A stretch of DNA of 64,000 nucleotides, from NCBI RefSeq assembly GCF_001194135.2, contig NC_069000.1, forward strand, positions 47,600,493-47,664,492, given 5' to 3'. The notes under the pieces are model-generated. The model saw only the letters and a list, made by a program, of their open reading frames with translations. It was not told the DNA's origin and did not search any database. This DNA is from Octopus bimaculoides (lineage: Eukaryota). A program made the translations under genes and the position numbers. Every line of letters starts with the position of its first letter. Within the stretch, counting starts at the first letter, position 1. This document shows, in pieces, positions 25,287-37,200 of this stretch.

Positions 25287-28200
25287 TAAAAAGGAAAATG
25301 TGTGAAGAATCTTTCAGTTGGTCTGGGACTGGTAATCAATGCCCTCCAATTCTTATATCCAAACCATGGAGATGATGTTGCTGCTGCTGAGTTGAAATTT
25401 TTGAAAATGTATTTAAAAATTTAATATGAAACTTAAAATAAAATTGAGCTCATATTGTATATTTGTCTTATTTTCTGGGGAAACATTTTTACATAAAAAG
25501 ATATTTTTATTGGAAATCAATTATTTTTCTATTTACTTTGCTTGGGTTTCTTCACTATTCCTCATTTCTTTGTTGGGAGGCAAAAAGAAACAACTTCTGC
25601 AATGTGCAGCTGATCCTGGCCTCAAAAACAGTGATTTCAAATTAATTCCAATACTTTCAGAAGTTTGTCTTTATTAATTCTCATTCCAAATGAATGGTGG
25701 TGTCCCTAGCAACTGAAGTTATTGGAATTTGAAAGGTATCTCTGTTTGAGTCAAAGGAATTCTTTGAACAAAAATATCTTCACATTTGGCACGACCTGTC
25801 AAAGTTCTTCTTTCTTTGATATGTGGAACCCTTTGTCTTTACCACCACCAGGTAACTGTCATGACAAAGTTGAGCAGTAGGGGCTATGCTCATTTCTGAA
25901 GACGATCATTTTTCAAGATGAGCTGTTATGGAGATTCCAGAGGGAATCCCCAAATTAATTTCAAAACTCTATTCATCAATACAAAAGATCTTACCATGGA
26001 GTACAAGGATTGTTCCAGAAGAAAATCCAAACCAATATTTATCTTTTCATTTAAAAGCTAGCATAATACTTTTTGAAATCCATTGATGGCTATTTCCGTA
26101 TTCATTTTCACCTTGTCTTCTCACCCATTGACTGCATCAAAACCCTCCACTCGGCAAACATGCACAGCTGGTTGCCCTTTTATATTCAGATGTTATGAAA
26201 TGTTCTGCTTATTTATTCACATTGTTTTGAAGAATCCATGTATAATCTCAGCTTTGAGATTTCAACTTGTTTAGAATGAGTAGGTGCGAAAGGCCTGATC
26301 TGGTCAGTTTGAACGTAAAACATGCAGAATATTCTGGGCCTGATTTGGTCAGTTTGAATATTAATGGATTAATGTCCACCTGACAGTCGCTGTGTCCTTC
26401 TTAAAGAGCAGTTGTCATCAAACCTTAAACAAAGATGCAAAATCAAATTCCATTGTTTTCAGTGATTCAGTTAAAACAACGTTTGATGTGAAAAGCAGGA
26501 GACACTTTGGAGCCCTTTTTGCATTGCATGGGTGTCCCCTCTTCACTTGGGTGGAGTGTGTTGAAGGGCTTCACACACCTTCAACATTTCAATATTATTA
26601 AGGGACAAGTACATCTTGCCAACTGTATTATCTTGATTGATCAGTCACAGAAGAGTTTGGCAAATTCATTAAATTGACTAAGTTGAAAGTTATGCTCTCT
26701 GTTTGGACTTGTCAATTCTTCTTTCAATGAGATTGTGAAGGTTTTTCTATAATAAACTGTTTTGTAGATGAGCATCAAAGTACATCATGTTTAGGTGGCA
26801 TTCATAGATGGGAAATTGCAGAGTTCTTCACACCCGCTCCTAATTAGTCCTAATGTGTGTGCCAGTCAGGGAAAGCATAACATCACCACTATAATTTGAA
26901 AGTGGATCTTGAACTAAATAAATCACTTTCTCTGTTTCCCTATTTGTAAACATACTTAATAGAATTGCTGGAATTTCCAAACTTCAGGTTGTGTTTTTAA
27001 AAGACCTTTGAAAACCGTAACCAGAAAATATTTTGGACTATTTATTGTTTGTCTTTCTTCAATAGTAGAATTTCTGTGTTTGGTTCTGGCCACAAATCCT
27101 CTCTCATCTGGTTTCTTCCTTATTTACAATGGGTGACTGTAACTAACAAGTGTTTCTCAGCCAGAAATCAATGCAGATACCTTTTTGTACGTTTCTTATC
27201 TTTCAAGCCAATTGCCCACTTACAAGTAACACTATTGTGACATGTATCGATGCAATTCTTTCTGTCCCACTTTCTATCAATTCTAGCATGCCCCCAGGGT
27301 TCAGTTTTCTCCCCTCCCCTCTTCCTTTTCTACATCAATGACTTCCCACCACATCCAACAACACTCCCCCCCCCCTAACACAGATTATCTTACTTTTCAT
27401 TCTTCTCTTACCTTTCTCAACCACATATCATCCTCTTTCAACCAAGACACCATATGCAAAACCTGCACTGATTTCATGAATGGAACCCCTGAGGGCTTCG
27501 TCCAGTGGGGACCGTGTGCTAATTTTGTCTCTTTCAACAGCAAGAAGACACAAATGCTGCTACTCATAACAACAAATCTTCACCACTGCCACTGCTCTCT
27601 TTAATCAAGACCTTTAACTGGAGCAGCCCTCAAAACAGTTCCAAATGTTGGGTCTCCAGGTGACAGAACATCCTTAACGAAGCTGGTATCACATCCAAAC
27701 AACTACTCCCTCAGTTGAGAGACTATCATCCAGTTCACTTCCATGGATCCTTTCTTCCAACCAGAATGGCCAGCCACAGTTTTGCCATTCTACATAGCAT
27801 CATGAAACAGCAAACTTTTCTGAATGGAGATTCTTCTTTAACAGCATTTTCAGTTTAATTACTTTTAATTACCTTTAATCTCACCATCAGCTTGGCCTTC
27901 TGTGATACTATGCTTACCAATATTTACTGGACTTTCATTGTTCTTCAACTGGTTTTTTTGTCTGACCAAAGGTAAGACACTCGAATTCCATCATTGTATA
28001 CACAACCCCTTTGCTTCAAAAAGTTTACAAACACAAGTTCCATAGGCTATATCGATATCTTCTACTACTACCCCCCCTCCTGCTACTACCCCCTCCTGCT
28101 ACTAATACTACTACTTCATGCTACTGCTGCTGCCACTACTACTGCTGTAAAAAGCATATCAATCCTTCAGGTTCCATTATAGTCTTATTATATACGGCAA

Positions 28201-31200
28201 AGAGCCCCACGGCTCCTGAGAGGGAGGTACATCACACCACCTGGTCCTAAAGATGTATTTAATGGCAGCATTTTGTTGCCAAGCTTCTGACAAAAGCTGA
28301 CCATCACTTGTCAATGCATCATTACTTCTCTTTACACTTCCCCATAATGACTAACAACACAAGTAAACTCCCTGAACAATTTGCCCTCATATTTTGCAAT
28401 ATCCTTTTTACCTCATTCCAATCTAGAACCCACTCGTTACCGCTTACTCATTCTATTCTTTTCTCTTATACAAACCTCTCAACCTCTGTCTCTAATTCAT
28501 GCCTGCTGTCCAGACTCTTTTTCTAAGGTCACCATGAAACGTAGTGTCTGCACTGAAGTAGACTATATACCTGTCGTTCACTTCTCTCACCTAGTTATCA
28601 GTAAGAATTATTTCCAGTTTCAAAACATTTCTAAACAGTATCTACCGTTTTCCTAACACTTTGACTCTCTGGCATCTCTTCGACCATTATCTCCAGTATT
28701 TAGGCATCTATATTTCACTTTATTTCTCTTTGACATTATCGTATTCTAAAAATTCAAAGTTCTCAATTCCTCTGAGCTCTCACAATCATCCCACGTTAGT
28801 AAGACCTATGTACAAAGTGAATATTTTACAATCTTTGATTCTGTGATAGATGCTTCATACAACCCTCAAACTACAATTGATCCTCCTGGTCCTTTACAAA
28901 AAGAATATCTGCCAACTTTACAGAATCCCCCTTTCCTCCATTTCACTCCAGTGAGTTCTGTGAGCAGTAACCCACATCATGACCCCTACTGCATGGAGAA
29001 GGACTCTGCACTCCCCCACCCCCACATACAGACAAGCCATATGAAAAAGTACCTCCAACTATTTGAAATGAAGGTCACCAATCTTGGCAGTGTTCCTTCT
29101 TTTACCCCCCCCCCCAAAATTGTGTCCCACATCCAGTTCCTATATTCATAACTCATCAATCTCTCTCTCTCCCTCTTTACAGGGATCTATTCTGATCTCA
29201 GGAAACCTGCCATGCTGAGAGCCGTTCCCAAGAAAGGCTGCCCCTTTCACCCTGTCCTACTCATTTGCAGTACTTTTATGGAAATTGTCATTAACCAAAA
29301 CACCCTCCAACACTTTCAATCTCTCTCCCACCCATTAATGACCCCTGGTGACCTAGTTTTCTCTGCCATCCATCAGTAGATACTCACCCTAGTGTTACTA
29401 CTGTTGATGTCTCAAAGCTTATCACCAAGTCTAACACAAAAATCTCTTCTGGATTCCACCCCAATCTCCCATCTCTGCAATTGCTGTCTGGTTGTTCCTT
29501 GGGTATGCTTCAAGGTTTATTTTTGTCCCCTACCCTTCTTACTGCTAATGACTGACTTGTCACCATCTCCATTAATGCTCTCTTACACAGATTGCATGAC
29601 ATTCCATTCTTCCCCAACCTTGCAACCTTAACATGTCAAGCATAAACTAATTCCAGAAACAGACTTCTAATTGAGATATATCAGTTTTTGTGCTTTTCAA
29701 TGATAAACACAACAGAAATCCAGAAGACATCATTAACCCCTCCCCTTCCTCCATCCTGAACTCAACTCTTCTTCACAGTTGGCTGGACTCTTGCCTTCCC
29801 CACTCAAGCATTCTACTCTCCCCACTCACATCTCCTTGACGTCACTCTTGTTATATCTGACCCTACACTCAGTCCTTCCCTCACTTGTTCAGGGAGAACA
29901 TGTAGTGACCATAGGCTTTGTCTCTTTTTTCAGCTTTAGCAAAGGAAAGCAAAAATGTTAGAGACATTCCATCAATGAAGACAACTGAATCAGTTCCATA
30001 ATCCTCTCTTTTATTTAAAAACTCCTTCTTTTTAACCCTTTTGTTACCATATTTCTGTTGAGATGTTCTCTGTTTCTTTCAATTAATTTTAAATATAACA
30101 AAGAATTTAGTAAAATAGCTTAGTTATCATTAAGCTGGTGTTAGGAACATAAATTATGATTAAGGATTAGTGGAAGATTTTAATTCAAAACTTTTGAAAA
30201 CAACACATTTGTACCCCAGAGCCAGGGGTGGTCAGGTTGGTATCAAAAGGGTTAATTTGCATTTTTGTTGATTCCAGATAGTTTCCTCTTTGCTCTTCAG
30301 TCATGCTTCCTCACCATTCACTTCATTTTCTCAGATTCATTGTCAGCCATTTTAAACTATTTTTCTTCTCAAACTTCTCCAGAATCTTCTTTCAAGAGGA
30401 ATGGCCTAAATAAGGATTTACTTTTCAGTTCCAAACTAAAAATAACATTTTTTACCTTTTTAGATACAAATTTCTTGTAATTAATATAGAAAATAATTAT
30501 AATTACCTACTGAAACCTGTGGCACTTTGTTGCATCTAAATTGTATTGTTTGTGGCTGCTTCTTAATTCAGGTGGAATGTAGAAAAAAAAAAATCCTTTC
30601 TTTGAAATGAAACCAAAATCTTTTTTTTAATACCAAAAATATTAAAAAATTTTTGTCTTTTCTCTTCTTTTTCCTGTTTTTTTTTCCCTAAAAGTCTTTG
30701 GTTTAATATCTTTAGTTCTTGCCATAAAATTTATCCAAATTTCAAGATTCCAGTTTTTTTGCTGTCAGTAATTCTTCCAAAATTTAGAAACCATTTCAAG
30801 AAAAAAAAAATAGTCAGAACTGAAATCTGTTGTAAAAATCTGTAAAGAACGAACATGTTGAGGTGCTTTCTCAGTTGTTGTAGTTTGAAAATTGTTTAAA
30901 TTATTGCAAAATTGATTAGACAGGATCCTCAGTTGCTCTTTGAATTGTTGTTGATAATGGAATTATTGATGACATTGCTGTTGATGAAAATGAAGACAGC
31001 AGGGTTTGTCAAATTTGTCAGGTGTGTTCGTTTTATTGTCGTTAAGTCAGTTTGTTGATAAAGACAGACAGGAGACTGCGTGTTTCACATGGTGATTGTG
31101 GAGTATTAATGGTGCCAGGGTCACTAGCAAAACTTGTACAATTTAAAATATGGGATTCAGAGAGGCTGTGCAACAGAGATAAATGAACATTGAGGTTTGG

Positions 31201-34200
31201 TGTTGTTATGAAGTCCCAAGCCTACAATTTACAAGTAATTGTTGGCCAAACCACCAGGTAGGACTCACAAATGCCACCACCCCTATCTTACACATCCATC
31301 TTTCAGTTTTCACACAGAAGTTTCCTTGCTCTGTGTTCCAGTGAGATTGTCTGACCTGTGACTTTACCGAACTCCAAACATGACATCCCTACCCTGCACA
31401 CTGCCTCCCTCACTACTACAAAATCTTCATCACTGATACCTCTAACAATACAAATTGCTGCATACATCATACACTGCCTTTCTTAAATGATCTTGGCAAC
31501 ATTCTGAAATGGTGGCCCTGACTCCACCTTTGAAGAGTGTGTTTTGTCTTTCACCCCCTCTACTTATCAACCATTCAGAACCAAACCATTAAGAATCAAT
31601 AGAAATTTTGGACATGTTAATGATTCTGTAGACATAACGTTGAGAAAACATTTTTAACAGAATTAGATTTGGGTACAGCTCCTTGGTTTCTACAAATAGC
31701 TAAGTCTCCCTTGGACTCTTCATCACTTAAACACACTTCTCTATGCTTGGTGGAAATGTTATTTAATGTCCAGTGTTTATATGCTGCACATAGATAAGGT
31801 GTTGGTCTGCTTATTCGTGACTCAGGGTTTTGTTGCCATGGCAGGTTTTCTGTTGTTAAAAGAGCTCCATTCTAATTAAAATCAAATTACTTACTTGCCC
31901 TGTGCCAGAATGAGATGATCTGGTCTGGCTGACTAGACATTCAATTTGTTCTGGTGCTGGAGGCACACACATACACATAGAAATATACTTAGAGAGAGAA
32001 CGAGAGCAAGAGAAACATGAAAATGTCTGATGTCAAATCAGCAATCCAAAATATCTCCCATTTGCCCTGTACTCACGCCTTACTTAGAAGCTTCTATACT
32101 AACCATAAACATGTATATTTACAATAGGCTTTCTCTATTCACTAAAGGTAGCTGGTGTATTTACTACATGTTCATGTACTCACTGTATATACGTAAACTT
32201 CTTATATTTTCAGATAGAGAACCAACACAAAATTGAAAGAGAGAAACACAAGCAACAACTGATCGATGCATCAAAAAAGAGTCTAGTTTCAAACCCTGAG
32301 CAATTCAACTGCCCCGTGTGTTTTGACGATATTCCTCCTGGTGATGGAATCATTCTTCAGGGATGTCTGCACATGTTCTGCAAGTAAGTAGTTACAAGAC
32401 ACAGTTTGGCTGTCGTAATATTCTGCACCAATAGATCTCACTCATTTCAGTTTTAATGAGTACCACCTGTTGTTTAATCAATGAAACTAAGAACCCTAAT
32501 CACCATCTGATTGGCCTCCTTCACACACTTCCTGTCAACCCAGTCTAACACTTGGCTCCAAACCAGGAACTTGTTAACCATTTGTAAATGGGCTAAAATG
32601 TGATGGGTAATTGGGTGTGTTATCATCCATAAATTAATAAAAGAGTTTGTGGACTCTTTTAATGATTTTTTTTAGTTGTAATGAGTGAAGAATTTTAATT
32701 TTCAGATAAATGATATTGTCATTGCTTTTCCTAACCAAAGTGATGCGATAATTACAACCTCCTCACAAATTACAAATAATTACAAACTCCTCAAACTCTT
32801 ACACGCTCCCCTTCATCTTATATATTGCAGTACATCAACTTTTTCCTTTGCCAAGTATTTGACTCTTATATCTTGCAATTCCAATTTATTGTAGAGCTTA
32901 AAACCTATCACACTTCAAATTGAAAGTCTGTGATGACCTTATGAGAAGTCAGCCTTAAAATCTTAACGGGATGGTTGCTGTGGTTGTGGTAGGGTTAGCG
33001 TCATCATTATCTCCCTTTAATGTCCCCATTCTGGGTTAGCATGACGGGAGTCGGTTGTTATTTGGAGTTACTGCTCTTGTAGGTATGGTTCTTTGATCCA
33101 ATTTCCATTTTATATTGGAATGGTTTCTACCGTCAGAAATTTAAGTTCTACTGTCAAATCAAGTTATAATGTAGAAAGTTTATGACTGAACCAGGAAAGA
33201 CTCCAACACAAATCCATCTGTTTTTCTCTTCTTTCCAGGCAGTGTCTAAATGATGCAGTTTACCATAATGACTCTGGAGATGCCAGATGTCTTTTCCAGA
33301 ACGAAGAATACAAATGTGATGCAAAGATTCCTGAACGTGTCATCAAATCTGTGAGTAAAGTATAGTTCTGTTGTAAACAGCAGAAGTGTGTTTACTGCGA
33401 AGAGAGATACTCAATTATAGATTAATTGATGTTAATTAATGATGGCAGTTGGATGATGTTAGGTGCAGGTTGTTCTTTACAGTGTGAATGTGTGCCATAA
33501 ACAATCTCTTTATAATCTGTGTGTGTGTGCGGTATACAGTACACTGACTTTGGTGCTTCTGATTGTATTTCATAGCTGGTGGTAAACAGGAACTGCCTGG
33601 TTTTATGACATTCTGTCTCTTTAGAATATTTCTGAAAAATAAATGTTACAGGAATGCTACTCTGTGTTTTTGTGTGCATATTGAATGTAAAATTTTGAGT
33701 GAGAGGCCTTTTGTTGCCAGCAGAGGTAGGAGCTTACTGAACTTTGCCCAGGCTATCCTTATTCTAGCAGCTATGCTCTCAGAGCATCCACCCCCACTAC
33801 AGACTTGATCACCTAGATAGCGAGAGCTATTAACTATGCCTAGTTTTTCCCCCTAGCATGTGATGAAATCTGTTTTCTGTACATTTTTGGTGTTTAGTGT
33901 ACCTGGGCATCTTTCACACACAAAAACTTTCCCGGTTAACTTTCTTTTGATAGTGCTGCACCTCTTATGTGTCCATAGCTTACACCGGGTACATCTTATG
34001 GAGTTTCTACCTCATGCCTTTTCTACTGATCAAGCAGGACCATCTACCTGAAGGGGTTTGTGATTTGTCTGCCTTCCTACTTGCTAGGACTTTGGTTTTG
34101 GCTAGGTTAACTCTAAGGCCTTTCGATTCTAGATCTTGCTTCCACACCTGAAACTTCATCTCTAGTTCTGGCAGTGACTCAGCTATTAGAGCAATGTCAT

Positions 34201-37200
34201 CAGCATAGAGGAGCATCCTGTCTTGAATTCCTTTGTTATTGCCTGGAGGACTATGATGATCCTTGGTGAACCCCTACTTCTACCTGGAATTCTTCACTAT
34301 ACTCATTGCCAACCCTCACCTTACTGACAGCATCTCAGTACAGGGCTTGTACAGCTCTTACCAATCACTCATCTATCCCTAGTTTCCATATTGACCACCA
34401 GATAAGGGATCAGGAGACCCTGTCAAAGGCTTTCTCCAAGTCAACAAAAGCCAAGTACAGATGTTTATCTTTGGCGATGCATTCTCTTGCAGCTGCCTTA
34501 CCAGAAATATAGCATCAGTAGTATTTCTACCTGCATCTCATCTAGGCTAACTGTCTCCCTAATTAGTTGGGCTGTGACCCTCTCCGTAACTTTCATCACC
34601 TGATCCAACAATTTGATACTCCTGTAGCTATTTCTATCTAAAGCATCACCTTTACCTTTGTAGCAGTTGACTATGGTGCTGCTACACCAGTCATTGGGTA
34701 TGACTCCTTCATGAGCTACCTGATTTACAATATGGGTGACTAGACCCTAACCCACACTGCCAGATATTTTAAGCATCTCAGCGCTGATTCTTGATAGGTC
34801 GGGGGCTTTCCCTGTCTTCATATGCATAATTGCTTTATCTACCAGGGTACTTTCGATTCAGGTAGCTGGTCCCTCAATTAGGTCAACCATTAGCAGACTC
34901 TCCTCCCATTCATTCTCCATGATCACCCTTTTTTTTCTCTCTCCATATATACATACAAACATACATTATCTTTGTTTTTGCAGTTGGTTTCAGATGAAGT
35001 GTATAAACGCTATTTATACCTTGGAATCCAGCGAGCAGAGTCTACAATCAACAATAGCTTCCACTGTAAAACTCCAAACTGCCGAGGCTGGTGCATATAC
35101 GAGGATGATGTGAACTTCTTTCCATGCCCTGTGTGTCAACACACCAACTGTTTGACCTGTAAATCGATTCATGAAGGTAAAAACTGCAAAGAGTTCCAGG
35201 ATGACTTAAATCGAGCGTCTCGCCAAAATGCTAATGCAGAGCGGACTAAAATATACTTAACGGTAAGCAAACGTTAATTATAAGCTAATTAATAGAGATG
35301 ACCAAGCATCTGACTAGATGCTTTACTCTGTGTCTAGTTTTGGATTAAAAGTCACTGTCGTTCTTCCAACCAGATTAAGGAAATAAATACTATTTATGGC
35401 ATTATCCCATAATTCCATCTGATCTTAATGTATTTAGGAATAGCCATCTTGCTAGATCTAATTCCCCTCCAAGCTGATGAATTTTAACTCATCACCTACA
35501 ACACACTACTACTACTACAACTACGAGAGCAATCCTTGGTGAATCCCTACTTCTACCTGGAATTCTTCACTATACTTGTTGTCAACCCTCCCTACTACTG
35601 CAACTACTAGAGCAATTCCAATAATTGTTTTAGGTTCTCAATTATAGTTGGGGATGATAGGGGCATCGGCCCCAGAAATTATCATTAAAATGTTTTGTAA
35701 AACACCATATTAACTTCGTGTTGTGTTCCCAGTATTTAGTGACAAAACATGAAACTGGTTGAGTATTCCTTAGTCATTTGTATTTAATACCTCATGCTAT
35801 CAAATTCTTTAACCCTATCATGCCATGTTCCCAGTATACCGAGAACAGCCTGAATGAAATCTCTATTGGATTCCCGNNNNNNNNNNNNNNNNNNNNNNNN
35901 NNNNNNNNNNNNNNNNNNNNNNNNNNNNNNNNNNNNNNNNNNNNNNNNNNNNNNNNNNNNNNNNNNNNNNNNNNNNNNNNNNNNNNNNNNNNNNNNNNNN
36001 NNNNNNNNNNNNNNNNNNNNNNNNNNNNNNNNNNNNNNNNNNNNNNNNNNNNNNNNNNNNNNNNNNNNNNNNNNNNNNNNNNNNNNNNNNNNNNNNNNNN
36101 NNNNNNNNNNNNNNNNNNNNNNNNNNNNNNNNNNNNNNNNNNNNNNNNNNNNNNNNNNNNNNNNNNNNNNNNNNNNNNNNNNNNNNNNNNNNNNNNNNNN
36201 NNNNNNNNNNNNNNNNNNNNNNNNNNNNNNNNNNNNNNNNNNNNNNNNNNNNNNNNNNNNNNNNNNNNNNNNNNNNNNNNNNNNNNNNNNNNNNNNNNNN
36301 NNNNNNNNNNNNNNNNNNNNNNNNNNNNNNNNNNNNNNNTTTGTGATTCTGTCCATTAATTTGTCTGCAATTATTACTCTTGAGCTGTGTATGCAACTAT
36401 TTATGATTTTGCTGAGGAGCCCAGGTGGAGGGCAAAGTTAGACACAAGGGCTGAGGTCTGAGAGGTTTAAGAGCCACAACTTCAACTTTGGCCATTTTGT
36501 CCCATGAAATTTTTTAAATACATTAACCATGAAATAGTTAAGAAAAATTAAATCTTAATGAAATGTCTACAATTTCAGAACCTGCTTAAGTCTGGAGATG
36601 CTATGAAATGTCCACAATGTGAGGTGATTGTCACAAAGAAGGATGGCTGTGATTGGCTGAGGTGTTCAGTGTGTAAACTTGAAATCTGCTGGGCAACACG
36701 AGGTCCAAGATGGGGGCCAAAGGTAAACCTATTTTTATAATCTCTGTTGGCTAAAATCTAACTATACCAGTGTGGTGATTGTTGTATCTATCAAATAGAT
36801 TTATCATTTCCAAGTAAATGTAGTTGAGATGTTGTTAACTATTCTATCTGCAATGTCATGGCATGGAAAGCAAATGAAGACACCAACATCAACCTGCTTC
36901 ATTCACTAAAAGTTAAGGATTGCAAATTGTGAAGGCAGTGATCCAGTATGACTGCAACTTAAAGGAAAACTAGAATAGAGTAGGAATACAAGAAAGTTTA
37001 ACCCTTTCGTTATCCACCCGGCTGAAACTGGCTCTGGCTCTGGCTCTGAATACAAATGTCTTGTTTTCATAAGTTTTGAATAAAAATCTTCCACCAAACC
37101 TTAGTCACAATTTATGTTCCTAACACCAGCTTAATGATAACTAAGTTATTTTACTAAATCCTTTGTTATATTTAAAGTAATTGAGAGAAAAACAGAGCTC

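Noticed and set aside
34259-35590. 59-bp direct repeats (34259-34317 and 35532-35590) flanking the IBR exon
   Set aside because: The sequence is the RTE RT segment [17 protein letters not shown]; the second copy is just another RTE fragment.
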